DNA of 64,000 nt. It comes from Eledone cirrhosa. Taxonomy: Eukaryota. The notes beneath the pieces are model-generated. The model saw nothing but the letters and a program-made list of their open reading frames with translations, was not told the DNA's origin and made no database searches. How positions within the stretch are numbered: the stretch's first letter is position 1; each line of letters starts with the position of its first letter. A program made the position numbers and the translations under genes. The stretch covers positions 46,686,001-46,750,000 of the forward strand of contig OZ024740.1 in NCBI GenBank assembly GCA_964016885.1, in the 5' to 3' direction. Shown here piece by piece: positions 15,072 to 30,000 of this stretch.

Positions 15072-18000
15072 CTGAAAGAAGCAGTTGTTTCTGTTACTAG
15101 AATTATATGTAAGAAATCAAGGAAATATATGATCTAATGAAAAGCTGGAACCCTCTTTCATATGGTCCTTATGAAATTTATCGAATTGAATTTTTCTTTT
15201 ATATAATCTACGATATGGGTGTAATAATAAAAATTTACTAAAAGTAAATACCCTAGAATCTCTAATATTTGTACACCCCCCACCCGGCTTGTTAAATTTT
15301 CAGACGCTTATTAAATTTTGCTAAACTATCTCTGGTGAAATTTTGTTTTAATCGGTTAAGCATTCTCGTGACAATTAATTTTCTTTAGACATTCAAAAAC
15401 ATTAAACATGACAAAAAAAGTACATTACTAAAAATCCCATATGTTATAAAATAAACAGGATGGATTGGGGTCTCAATATGTAAACTAAATGACTAATTCT
15501 GGTTTTTAAAACAATCAATGGAGATAACCTAGAAAAATTGCCAATTTTACACCACACTCCCCACTTATTCCACCCCCTGCTTATCCCCCCTCTACCCACC
15601 CATAATTTGGGACCCAAGAGTATTATAAGGGATTTAGTCCAGAGATTAACTCCATCTTTTAACATCCCTCTTCCCTGCTAGCAAGGGTTGGACAGGTGTT
15701 CATAAATTGAGTCAATACTCAAACGGAGCTACTGACTTTTCAGATAGGTTGAAGGCCTACATCTCACTGGTACTTGATGAGGAGTGACAGGTGTGGGGCC
15801 ACAGTTTAGGAGCCTGGTGTTGCATGGTACCAAAATGTGAAGAGGCCAGTTGAAGCCCAGTACTGGATGGCACCGATGCGAGGAACCTAACCCATCTCAT
15901 AGTGTAGCCATGGTTTCATGGCCCAGTATCGGATAACAAAATCATTCATTAGTAAGAAACAATACTTGTGAATAGTATGAAGCTCCTAGCTAATCAACTC
16001 AACAACTTTGTTTCAATTCACATCACATCACTTTCATATAATAATTGTTTCTACTTTTGGCACGAGGTCAGTAATTACCACCAGTTCATTACTGGTACTT
16101 TATTTTATCGACCCCTGTAAGGATGAAAGGAAAAGTTAACCTCGGCAGGATTTGAACCCAGACTGTAAAGGGCCATAACTATGTTGCAAAGCATGGTGTC
16201 CAACCCTCTACTGATACTGCCAATCCAAATGCCTTTTCAGATAATAATGTCCTTGAGAAAGGCATGAACATTACATAATCTCATATTATTTCCTATAATT
16301 CTGAAGCCATGTACCTAAATTAGAAATATTTAGATTACTGAGGCTAGCAAATGAGTCACAACACGGTAAATAAAAAGAAATTTTGGTATAATACTGGTTG
16401 TAAATCAAATCTAATTTTCTTCACAATATTCTTACTGAGATTGTCAGTTCAATGATTATACCTATTAAATTTCATATTCATTTAGCAGTCATTGTAAAAA
16501 CTAGTTCTAAAAATTGCACTAAGTGCAATTCACTGATACAGCCCATTTTCCATCTGCAATACAACTAACCAATAGATATCTGAGAGAAAAGAACACTTTA
16601 TTCTGTAGTCAGTGTGGATTCCGAAACACATTATGTAAAATAAAACATTGACAATTTAAAAAAAAATTTAATACATTTTCTCAATGATATCCACTGTTAC
16701 TCTTGGATCTTAAATAATCGTACTCCTCCTCACGCTTATTATTTATTTAGATCCCCTCCACTTATTAAATTTTGCTAATGAAATTTTTCAAGTGGTAGCA
16801 TTCCTGCAACAATTAATTTTGTTTAGACATTAAAAAACTTGACAAAAAAAGTACATTACTAGAAATCCCATATGTTATAAAATAAATAGGATGGATTGTT
16901 GGGGTCTCAATATGTAAACTAAATGACTAATTTTGGTTTTTAAAAAAATCAACAAAGACAATCTAAAAAAATTACCAAAATTACCCCCCCCACACACACT
17001 TATTCCCCCTCATTATTTGGGACCTGAGAGTACTACTATCACTTTAAACAGATCACCTGAAGTTTATTTTTTATAATATAACTGGTCTCCATAAACCTTA
17101 TCAAAAACATAGGTGCAGGCATGGCTGTGTGGTTAAGAAACTTGTTTCACAATCATGTGGTTTTAGGGCTCAATCTAACAGCATAGCACCTTAGAAAAAT
17201 ATCTTCTACAATAACCTCACGCTTGCCAATGCCTTGTGAGTAAATTTGGTAGGTGAAAACTGTAAGGAAGCTCATTGTAAATGTGTGTATCTCAGTTTAC
17301 TGCCTACATCTTTATATCAACAACATTAAAGTAGCCAGTGGTATTTGTTTATGTACCTCATAAACAGTATATCTTGCAGTGTAGTGATCAACAAAAATGA
17401 GTTGTATAAACATTACTTATAAAAGAAAGCATGGGTTGGCACCAGGAATGGCATTTAATCACAAAGAAAAAAAAACTGCTTCAAAAAGTCTTGTCCAACC
17501 AATACCATCATGGAAAGGTAGACATAAAAATGATGATGATTATTACTGTATGTGAGTGTCTGTCTCTGCATATGTCTTTATGACACTGTTTAAGTAAGCA
17601 ATGTTGTTTGTTTATATAATTCAGTTCAACAAAGACCAGTGAAATAAAATACCATACAATAAGTAAAAAAAAGATAAAATAAAATATAGGTTAGCATTAG
17701 AAAGTGTATCTAGTCATAGGATACTACGTTAAAAAGGTTATGCAATGCATGGCAGTATGGAAAAACAGATGAAAAAATGTAATGAGCTGCAAGGCCTATC
17801 ATTTGTTAAGATTGATGATTATGAGCAGGAAAAGAATATTGTTGTGTATAATGACTGAAGCGAAAGCATTGATTTTGAGTGTAAAAGTTTGAGTGTTTCA
17901 TGCTTATTGCAACTGGTAATAACTTTTGTATCAAGTGGTTCTGTCTATATTAGAAGTAACACAAGCATATCCTGTCAGTAAATATCACCTTTTTCTTAAT

Positions 18001-21000
18001 GGTTTCTCCCAAATCATAAGGTATTTAATCATTTCATTATTATATTTCTCATGAAATACATTGTATGTGATTGAATTAATAAAGAATTTGAAGAAATTTA
18101 CCAAAATTATTAATTATACTGAACATTGTGTGTGAAGTTCACATTTTTGAACTTATGGAGAGCTGAGGAAATAAATTTATAAGATGTAGCATGCTCAAGC
18201 ACAGAAAATAACTACAATTACAGTCAGTTGCTATTGAATAGCTTATAAAAATCAGGTAAAGATCCTTAGAGATGGGAAAATGTTACCAGTGGCCATCTCT
18301 TAGGATCTTTACTAAATTTTTATAAGTTATTTTACAGTAACTTAACTACAATTGTAGATATTTTCTGTGCTGCAGCATCCTACATCTTATAAATTAATTA
18401 TATCATCATTACAATAGTATTTGTAACATAATTTAAAAAAAGGTTCTTATATCAAATTATGATGCAAGAGTTTAATTTAAATGGGAATCCTTTAAAATAA
18501 TTGGTTCTGCTTCCAGAACTAGAGGATGTTTTGGGTGGATTGGTATCAAAAGGATTAAGACAGGTTTAATTAAACATTACGAGGAAGGAAAAGTGACCCC
18601 CTCCCCCCCAAAACAACAAACAAACATACTGTTTCAGTTTGTCCATAGGCTTCATATAGTTCTAGTCCTGTTCCATTCTTCCACTGGCTAATCAGTTCTT
18701 CATTCTGAAATTAAAATATATTCCTGACCTTATATTTGTTATAAAAAGCGGAAAAAAAGACGATAACTTATACATTTTATATATTTTAAAGGAAGATCCA
18801 TGATTTCAATATTTCTGTGTAGCTTTGTTGTGAAAAATGGAATATACTTCTGTTGGTTTTGATAATGAGTTGTTAATGTGTAAGTGGCTGAGCATTCCAC
18901 AGACACATGTACCTTTCATGTAGTTCTCAAGGAAATTCAGTGTGACATAGCTGGCCCTTTGAATTACATGTACATCAGACAGGATTCCAAACAGTTTCTG
19001 TCTGTCTAAGTTCACAAATAAAGCAAGGGTTAATCTGATGCTATGGTAAATGATACTTGCCCAAGATCCCATGCAGTAGGATTAAACCAAGGACCTGATA
19101 ATTATGAAGTGAACTCCTTAGCCATTCAGCCATACCAGGTCCACAGCTTTATTGTAAAACTTATCGCAATAGTGTAGTTCTACTTGAAAAAAATAACTAA
19201 GTTTGAACTTCATTCATATTAGTTGTAGCCCAGTCTTCCTTGAGACATACAAACACACACTTATTTTACACATGTGTTGACAGACTTGCACTTAAGACCC
19301 TCCCCCCACCTCTCTACCTATCTATTTATCTTTCACACACACACACACACACACACACTCTCTCTCATTTTGCAGCACAGTTACGTCCCTTCACGGACTG
19401 AGTTCAAATCCCGCCGAGGTTAACTTTGCCTTTCATCCTTATGGGGTCGATAAAATAAAGTATCAGTAATACACTGGGATAATTGCTGGCCTTGTCCAAA
19501 AGTAGAAACAATTATATTTCTTTTTTCAACAATAATAACCTGTTGTTGTTTTTTTCTTGAAACAAATATCTATATCTGGGATGGACACACGCGTGAAACT
19601 TGCTGAGTAAGTTCTGCTTAAATTTCTATAGAAATTCTTGACTGTAAACCTTCATTTTTGTACCCTTTTGTAGAGGGACTGCCAGGTCAAACTTTGATCT
19701 GGTCAGTCTCTCAAAATATTCTACGCCTTTAGGCGAAATAGTTAACAAAAAGTTTTTTTTTGAAAAGCTAACATTTTTTTTAAATGGCTGAAGCTTCTTC
19801 ACCAACATTCGAAGGAGGAAAGGGGAAGATATGCTTACAGCTTCCCCCTGCCACTGTCACAGTAGCAGAGGTTAAAGACAAAGGTCAGCCAGAGGAAGGA
19901 TTTTCTCCACCTGCTGACCGATAACTCGACATTGCCATGGCAACAAACCAAAAGTGTGAAACAATGAACAAACCAACACAACCAGCGGCAACAACAACAA
20001 CAATGCTACGAACGAAAACAACACCAACAACAATAACAATAACAACAACAACAAGACCAATAACTGTGATAACAACAACAGCAACACAAACAAGGAAAAG
20101 GTCTCCTTCGCCTAGACGGCAAGGAAAATCCTCGACTATCTGCCAGTAGATATAAGCAAAGCGAAGGAGCTACTGGCAGATGCCAAAAAATATATAGTGT
20201 ACGGGGAAAATGGATAATTTTCGATGCGGCCCTCCTGTGACCTCTGTGGAGCCAGAGTTTACCTGAGAGCTATCTGTCCTCAACTTAAAAAGAAAACCCC
20301 AATCCTGCCTACACCACCAACAACTGCACAACCAACACAATCACCACAACCACCACTACAAAAACAACAACCACAGCTCAAACCAAAACAAAACACTGTC
20401 CAACCCATCCCCCCCACTAAAAAAAAAACAATTTCCAAAACACCCGCACCGCAAACACAACCCGAAAATCTACCCCTCCCCTCCAACGCGGAAGATGACC
20501 CTCGTTCGTCGTCAGACGAGGAGGAGCACTTCCACACACACAATCAAAAGAAAAAAAAAGAAAACACCTCAGACACACAAATGAAAACAACCCCTCCCCA
20601 AAACATAACACAGACACCAACACAAAAGAGCACACAACAACAGCAAACAAAAAACACCACACAAAAACAAAAACATGCATACACATACATAAACACAAGA
20701 AATAAAAAACTGCTAAACATTGTATACAACAACAATTTAGTAAAAACCCAAGGGCCTAACTTCACCCAGGCAGGGGATTTCCCCCACCTCAAAATGATTA
20801 ATGCCCCAGAGGACACATATAAAACACTAAAAAACAACTTTAAAGAGGACGTGCCACCCCCCCCCCTCCTGCGTCCGGCCCATTAACCGCGTCCTCCTAA
20901 AAAACTTCCCCAAACCCTACCCAAACACCCCAACCACACAACACACTGATGCCCCTACACTTCCACAAACCACCACCCCACCAACAACCCATCCCCCACC

Positions 21001-24000
21001 CTCATGGAAATTGTGCAGCCCTTTACCCGGGACGCAGAGAGGTAAGTGCCTTTTCTCTTCACCACCAACATGGCTATGCTAAGAGTAGGCTGTCTAAATG
21101 TGCGCGGCCTGGGCTCAACTTGGAAGCAAGCAATGCTTCTAAATGACCTCAGGTCACAACGTATAGATATGATGGTTATTTGCGAGGCCCGGATCAGCAA
21201 TGTGCGACAGCCCGGAGGTGGGGGTGGGGTTGTTGTTCTGCTGCAAAAACATCTGGGTCTCGCAACACAGATGGTACATTTGGACCCGGAGAGTCGACTA
21301 GAGGTTCTGGACCTTGGCACTGGTGAAGGTGGGGCGTTTAGGCTGGTAGCCGTCTACGGCCCTTTCGGGTCAACGCGGCCGGACTTCTTCCATCGTCTGG
21401 AGACTTTTCTAGGGATGTCTCACTCCTTGCTATTAGTGGGGGACTGGAATGGTATCCTAGATGCACGTTGGGACTACGTAGGGGCCTGTCCCGATAGAGA
21501 GGGGTGTAACAGCCTCAAAGGGTTAATCGGTTGATTTGACCTGGCTGATAGATATCGACTAGATTTTCCGACTGCGCCAACCTGGACTTGGGCAAATCGT
21601 AGCGGATCATCTAGGTCGTACCTAGATAGGTTCTTAGTTAGAAATAAGGATAAGGAACTTTTTAAGTTGTCCAAAAATGCTCATGGTTGGCTATTCAGAC
21701 CACAAGTTAGTGACCTGCATGGTCAACCTTGACAGAACGCATAGACAGGGACCCGGTTACTGGAAGCTCAACTTGTCCTTACCGGCAAGTAAGGCTTACA
21801 GTGACCGGATTAACACTTTAGTTAAGGAGCGGTTGACGGGCACCATCGTCAACAGCAGGTGGTGGGGATCTCTCAAAAGAGAGATTAGAGTAGTCTCTAT
21901 AGAATTTAGTAAGGAGTTAGCCTCAAATAGAAATAGGAAGGAAAGGGAGTTGGTAGATAATGTAGAAGAGGCAATTAGAAGCGGCGACGTGGCCAGAGTG
22001 CTAGCGTTGAGAACGGCCCTGGGCCAGTTCTTCGACGCGAAACACGAAGGCTGCATCGTCCGAAGCAAAATACGTGCTCTGGGAAACGAGGGGACCAAAG
22101 CTGTTAGCTGGGCCCGCGTGACAGAAGCCAAAAGAGGGAGTAGATCCACTATCCGGTCTTTGCGAGACCAGGATGGACGGGTGATCCTTGAGCCTAAGCA
22201 GATGTGCGAGGCTTTTCAAAAGCACTTTGCCAGATTTCGGAAGGGGCGGGGAACCGGTTGGGGAAGTGGACTTCGGTCCATACCTCGACGGCCTGCCGCG
22301 TCTCTCGGACAGGGAGACGAAGTCCTGCGAGAAGCCGATTTCAGCCGCTGAGATAGAGGACATGCTGAGCCAATGCGGCAAACGCAAATCCCCGGGTCTC
22401 GATGGTCTTCCATACGAACTATATCTAGCTATGCCGGACTTGTTCCCCGATCTCCTCGAGGCGGTCTACTGCAACTGGCAACAGAACGGAAGAATTCCCT
22501 GTACTGTGACCAAGGGCGTAGTCACGCTAGTGAGGAAGGACGAGAACAAGGGGGACGATATAAATAATTTCAGGCCCATAACTCTGCTAAATATAGAGTT
22601 ACAGATTTTGGCCAAGATACTAGCAAAGAGGTTGGCGTTTGTCGTGAGCAACCTGGTGGGAGATGTGCAGACATGTGCTATCCCGTCCAGGTTCATCCAC
22701 GACAACCTCCACCTTATGCGATACATTATAGAGAGGGTTGGGAACGAACCCGGCTTTGGTGGGGCCCTGATCAACTTGGATCAATCTAAGGCGTTCGATA
22801 GGGTCGACCATGGTTACCTGGATGTGGTGCTAGCGGCGGCAGGCTTCGGACCCGTTTTCAGGGGCTGGATCACTGCCATGCACAGCAGCCGCACCTGCTC
22901 TAGGGTCAAGGTGAACAGCTACCTCTCGGAGCCGTTTGAAATCGTGCGATCCATCCGACAAGGGTGCCCTATCTCCTCCCTTCTGTATGTAATGACTCTA
23001 GAGCCACTGCTGCGGAAGTTGGAGTTGTTGCAAGGCATCCCGTTGGAACCGGGATTGCAGAAAGCGGTGTCAGCCTACGCCGATGACGTGACAGTAATGG
23101 TGTCGACGGCCTCGGAAATCGGGGCGATCGGCACCTTACTGGAGGAGTACGAAAGGTTTACAGGGGCTAAGCTGAACCGGGACAAGTCGATCGGTCTGCA
23201 ACTCGGCATGTGGAGGGGCAAATCGATGCCCTCCGATGGCATCGTCGGGCGCTGGACAGAGGGCCTGGTGAAGTTGCTCGGGGTCTGGTTCGGACCAGAC
23301 CTCCAGGTGGAGAAGAACTGGGGTGAGGTAACGAACAGGGTGTTTGCACTGACCCAGAAGTGGGCCGAGTGCAAACTGTCCCTGAAAGGTCGGGCGGAGG
23401 TGGCGAACACTTATATAGCGTCCGTCATCTACTACCGCCTGACCGTCGTGCCTTGCCCAAGGGAAACGCTCGCCAAAATGGAGCGCGCACTCTTCCAATT
23501 CCTTTGGAAGAAGCGGGCTCCTATAGTGAGGAGATCCATCTGCTGTCAACACCCTTCGAAAAGAGGGCTGAGGCTGCCGTGGCTGATGATGCGTAAACAC
23601 GCATTAAGGCTACGGCACCTCCAGGTATTCCTCACCGGTCAACCGGTGTGGGCCCCGTTTGTGAGACGAGCCTTTCCCAGACTCGTCTCGCTCACTGAGC
23701 TGCAATCCTGGGTCAAGCAAAGACCGAGAAAACTGGGCGCCTGGCACACTGAGTGTGTCCAGGCGCTCACGGCTCTCTGGCAGGCGGACCCAGCTGTCAG
23801 TGGAGAATCCACCTCGTCATTCTATAGAGGGCTGGTGGTTAGCAGGTGCGACGATGCCCTCGGAGAACTGGCCAACCAGTTCGGTAGGACATTCAGCCCG
23901 GGACCCATGGATAACTTCCAGAGGTCCCTGGTCTGGCAGTGCTACCGAGGGGCTCTGCCCATTCGAGAAAGGCTCTACAGACATGGGCGCCCGGGTAGGG

Positions 24001-27000
24001 ACCCCTCGAAAAAGATCTGTCCCAGATGCGTGTGCGACGAAGAAACCGTTGCACACACATTGGTACACTGCTCGGGCATTGCCGATCTGTGGGGCTATGT
24101 CAAACAACTGCTGTCAAGGGTGGGACCGATCCGGTTGACCATTGAGTCTATTGTAACGATCAAACCGCCTCCCCTCTTCAAAAACGAAGTAGAGGCGGTG
24201 TTTCTGTGCGTAATAGCCATGGCGAAAGAGGTTGTATGGTGGACACGTCTGAAAAGACTCAGGTCAGACACCTTTCTCTCTGGCCAACAACTGGTCCGTT
24301 TCTTCCGATATCATTTCGGAAGAAGGATCAGGATGGAGAGAGAGGTGCTGCACCCCAGCCGTTTTTATGAAAGATGGGTGAAAGTGGCGAGAATGGCCCA
24401 TGTGAATGGGCCTTCAACATCAGACTATAGGTGATGAAAATGAAAGATCAAGGGAGCACCCCCTCTCTGTGCTCCTGAGGAGAAGGGTTGCACACTCTTT
24501 TCGGGGGGGGGGGTGCAACCCCCCAAGGCACCGCCTCCCTATTGAGGATTTTGTTATTAAATTTATTTTTGTTATATTTTATATATTATTTTTTATATTT
24601 TGTTATTGAGCATGCCTTTTTATGTAAACTCCCTCCATTGTACTTGTCCCACTTTTTGATGCCCTGGTGGCAAATAAAAAGAAAGTTATCTATCTTTCAC
24701 ATACACCCTCTCTCTCCCTCACTGTATTTTCTCTAAATAACAACAATCTGTCATTATAGTGAACTAGCTGAATTAACCGGCATTGCCTGGGTTACTGCTG
24801 TTCTTATTCAGATTAGTAAACAATAGATATGAAGATATGTTTTTTTTCCTCATAATTATTTCAAAATATCTATATTTTATAAAAAAAAATATCAAGATTG
24901 TAATGATAATAGAATTTAGAAATGAAAATCTGTCAATCTTGAAGGTAAACAATATTCATTGTGTAATTTTTTGTTGGTGTTCAAATGAATAAATTGTTGT
25001 TACACACTCACACACATATACTAAGACAGATACACACAGACATACATTCACACAGACACACGCATAGCTTTTCACCTCATTTTTTTTGTCAGTCGCTACT
25101 TATGTATATATATGTGTAGATGTGTGTGTGTGTGTGTATTTTACTCACATTAACCTATAAAAAAATGTTAACAACAGGTATTTGTAAGATATATCCTTCC
25201 AAGATATAATTGCTATTTGTTTACTTGAAACTTGACAAAAAGTTAAGTAATTTGAATTCAATACAATTTATTATCATTGTATTTTTTACAATGGATCTAA
25301 CGAACGTGCAAACACACACACAGACACACACATTCATATACAAAATGTGGTGTCATTGTGTTGTTTTAATCCAAATGAAAATAAAAATTACATGTTGACA
25401 CTCCCGGGGTCTAATACTACTACCATGTAAAATTTGATTTGTTTTGGTCCAGCCGTTTGAGAATGCATAGGAACAGACTGACAGACAGACAAAAATGTTT
25501 ATATATATAGAGATGTCTTTTTTTGAAGTCTGTGTTGTGTTGTCTATATGTTGGAGGACATATAGAAACACACACAGAAACAACAACAAAAAAAAACTCC
25601 ATTTTAGTTAGTGTGAGGGGTGGGTGGGAGTGAGTGAGAGGTGTAGTATTTCTCTCCCTCAATATTGAGAACATGACAAACAGACTGACAGACATGGCTC
25701 TTATCACAGTATAAATTTTACTCACATTAACCTATAAAAAAATTTTAACAACAGGTATTTGTAAGACATATCCTTCCAAGATATAATTGCTATTTGTTTA
25801 CTTGAAACGTGACAAAAAGTTAAGTAATTTGAATTCAATACAATTTATTATCATTGTATTTTTTACAATGGATGTAGCATGGCTGAATGGACAAGAAGTT
25901 TGCTTTGTAATCATAAGGTCCTGGGTTCAATCCCACTGTGGGGTATCTTAGCAAGTGTATTTACCATAGCCTCAGGTTGACCCATGAATGAAACTAAGTA
26001 TATGGAAACTGTTTGGGAGCCAGTCAGATGGACTAATTCAAAGGGCCAACCATGCCACACACTGTATCAGACTGAATCACTCTAAAAATTATGTTAAATA
26101 TATACATGTCTGTGGAATGCTTAACCATTAATTAATTAATTTCACAATCAAACTCTGTGACAATTTTCTTTATACATTAAAAGTACATTACTAGAAATGC
26201 CATACGTTATGAAATAGGATGGGTTGGGGTCTCAATATGTAAACTAACCAACTAATCTGGTTTAAAAAAAAATCAATGGAGACAACCTAGAAAAATTACC
26301 AATCCCATCCCCCCACTAACTCTAACCCCTATTATTTGAGAATACAATGAAAAGTTCTTACCACTGGTTCACCCCCAGCAATACAATGGCGCAGGTTCTT
26401 GAAATTATATTTCTTTAGATCCTCTTGAACCATCAACCGGAGAGCTGTAGGTGGCATACAAAAAACGGAAATACTGTATTTTTCCAGAACCTGAAAATAA
26501 ATAGAATTTGAAAGTTGATTTCACTGCAGACCACGTTAGTTTTGTTGACATTTGGTCTAATTATCGAATTTTATCTTATATATCATCAGTTACGGCCCTT
26601 TACGGTTTGAGTTCAAATTCCGTCAAGGTTAATTTTGCCTTTCATCCTTATGGGGTCGATAAAATAAAGTACCAGTAATGCACTGGGGATATTTGCTGGC
26701 CTTGTGCCAAAAGTAGAAACAATTATATCATAATATTTTTTAATTTGAAAATGTGTTAGTGAGATACTCTGGGCATGTGGTTAGAATGTTTCTGGAAAGA
26801 ACCGCCGGACAGGTTTTATGGGCAAAACCAACCAGCAGGAGACCCAGGGGAAGATCTCAAGCAAGATGGATGGATAATATCCATGAGCTTGGCTGGTCTT
26901 GCTTGGGGATCCAACTAGATCGGTTGGAGACTAACTATAAGTAATAGTTGATGTGGCTAACACATTTTCAAATTTCAAATTTCTCTGATACTTTGTAAAT

Positions 27001-30000
27001 TAACCTATTTATTTAATAAATTTAAACATCCATATAGAGCTAGTAAGTCATGACAGACTAAGGGAGGTATCTAGTACACCTTACAATTAAGAAACAAAAA
27101 CAAGATAGACAGAGTGATTTTTAAAAAATAAAAGGCAAAAGAAGCATAAACATTTTTTTTTATTTAAAAAAAAACAAAACCCTAATGTTTATATTTTTAA
27201 TGGTTTAGCCAAGATGTTAAAGGAGTGTGTCCATAACCAATGCAGACCATCATGGACTGGTGAGATAAAACTAATTGATACTCATCTTGAACAACAGCAA
27301 GACGATAGTTACAGGAATTATATACTGAAGAGGAATGACTGAGGGTAATGGTTAGTGAACAGTGGATACAATATGGGTGTTAAAAAAGTGTGGGGGGGGG
27401 GGAATTAATGAGCATTATCCGAGACCTGAAATTTAAAAGGCAATGTAAAAATAAAGAAAAATATACAAATAACATTTTTTTAATACTTTTTTAAAACACA
27501 TGCACCAGTTTAATTTTATTTGAATTTATTCAGTTAGTTTAATAACCAGTTGGTTGTTTAATTGTTCTTTTTAAAAGCTATGTGATCTCAACAACTATTC
27601 TTCTATTCTTACTCTCTGTCTCCTCTTTGTTCTATTTAATTAACAATTTAACAGCCAACTGTTACTAAACTAGCTGAAAAATGGATTACTTGCCCAACTA
27701 ATAATTGTTTTTACTTTTGGCACAAGGCCAGCAATTATTCCAGTGCATTACTGGTGCTTTATTTTATCAACCCCGTAAAGATGAAAAGCAAGATTTGGCA
27801 GGATTTGAACTCAAACCGTAAAGGGCCGTAACTCTATGCTGCAAAGGCCCAACTAATAATAAACTGAAGCGAAACTCAACCGGTGTGTGTGTTTTCATTG
27901 GCAACATGACCCTCCCAAAGAATAACAATATGTTTCAACACATGATTTCACATCAAGAATCTGGCAAAATAAGTACAAAAACAAAATATATAAACAACAT
28001 ATCCACAAAAATATACATACTTGTAGAACTGATTTAGGATCAAATTTGTTGTTAGTTGTGTTATAAATGAAAACACAAGCACCAGCTAACCAAGGAGCAA
28101 AGAAACTACTCCAAGCAGATTTTGCCCATCCAGTGTCAGATAAATTCCAGATTATGTCAGACTGAGTGGCAGTTAGAAGGTATCTAAAAGAGAAAATGAC
28201 AGACAAACTTACATATATATGTAAATAAAAGTCAGAATAAATTCTTCCAATATTGGTTGTTTCAATCTTTTGAAATAAGCAATATTGTGTTTCTTAAATA
28301 CAGAAACCATGATTGAGGACACTATATGAATAAAACTGACTTATTATAGTTGGTCTATCTTATATCCCCCTAAATCGAAATTTTGGCTTAAGTTTAATGT
28401 AAACTGAGAAAAAACTGGGATGAGGTGATAAAAAATAACCTTGGTCACTTACAACTCTCTAATGTCACTGGATCGAGATCTTTGCCGCAGTTATTCAGAA
28501 AAATTCACATCTCATAACAACATTACGGTCTCGCTCTCTTTAACATTACACCAAAACACATAAAAACAGAAATAGATCCCTTAAATTCCGAATAAACCTC
28601 AAACACCTGGATATGTCTCTGAAAACAATATCTCTCTACTTGAGTGGGCCATGGTCTCCAAAATCCTGATTTGAAAGCCTCTGTAAGGTGGTGCTATTAA
28701 GTTAGACATGGCCTGGACCAATACTGGCCAAAACCTATCAAAGTCATATGCATATATATATATATATATATAACAGAGGGTGTGGTAAGATACCAGGTGG
28801 ACCATAACACACCAGAGTACTCAATACATGGGGTAGTAGAGTGGATAATAGGAAAAGATTCAGGACCCCGACAGCTGAGCTCCGGCCGCCTCGCCAGCCA
28901 GATCCGACAGATCCATTCGGAACTGGCTGTCAAGACAGCCAGAGCTCAGCTGTCGGGGTCCTGAATCTTTTCATATATATATATAGTTCAAAGAGACAAC
29001 AGAGGTACAAAATGTCTTATTAATTTCATGCTTTATATTGGAAAGAGGAAAGAAAGTTTAACGTGTTGGGCTTCAGCCCTTCTTCAGGAGTACAAATAGA
29101 GACAGGATCACAATGGAGAAATAGAGACAGGATCACAATGGAGAAACAGAGACAGGATCACAATGGAGAAATAGAGACAGGATCACAATGGAGAAATAGA
29201 GACAGGATCACAATAGAGAAATAGAGACAGGATCACAATAGAGAAATAGAGACAGGATCACAATGGAGAAACAGAGACAAGATCACAATGGAGAAATAGA
29301 GACAGGATCACAATGGAGAAACAGAGACAGGATCACAATGGAGAAACAGAGACAGGATCACAATGGAGAAACAGAGACAGGATCACAATGGAGAAACAGA
29401 GACAGGATCACAATGGAGAAATAGAGACAGGATCACAATGGAGAAACAGAGACAGGATCACAATGGAGAAACAGAGACAGGATCACAATGGAGAAACAGA
29501 GACAGGATCACAATGGAGAAATAGAGACAGGATCACAATGGAGAAACAGAGACAAGATCACAATGGAGAAATAGAGACAGGATCACAATGGAGAAATAGA
29601 GACAGGATCACAATGGAGAAATAGAGACAGGATCACAATGGAGAAATAGAGACAGGATCACAATGGAGAAATAGAGACAGGATCACAATGGAGAAACAGA
29701 GACAGGATCACAATGGAGAAACAGAGACAGGATCACAATGGAGAAACAGAGACAGGATCACAATAGAGAAACAGAGACAGGATCACAATAGAGAAATAGA
29801 GACAGGATCACAATGGAGAAATAGAGACAGGATCACAATGGAGAAATAGAGACAGGATCACAATGGAGAAATAGAGACAGGATCACAATGGAGAAACAGA
29901 GACAGGATCACAATGGAGAAACAGAGACAGGATCACAATGGAGAAATAGAGACAGGATCACAATGGAGAAACAGAGACAGGATCACAATGGAGAAATAGA

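Noticed and set aside
19872-20886. Low-complexity Thr/Gln/Pro and hydrophobic antisense ORFs as host genes
   Set aside because: They lie in the A/C-skewed ORF1 region of the Tx1-like element
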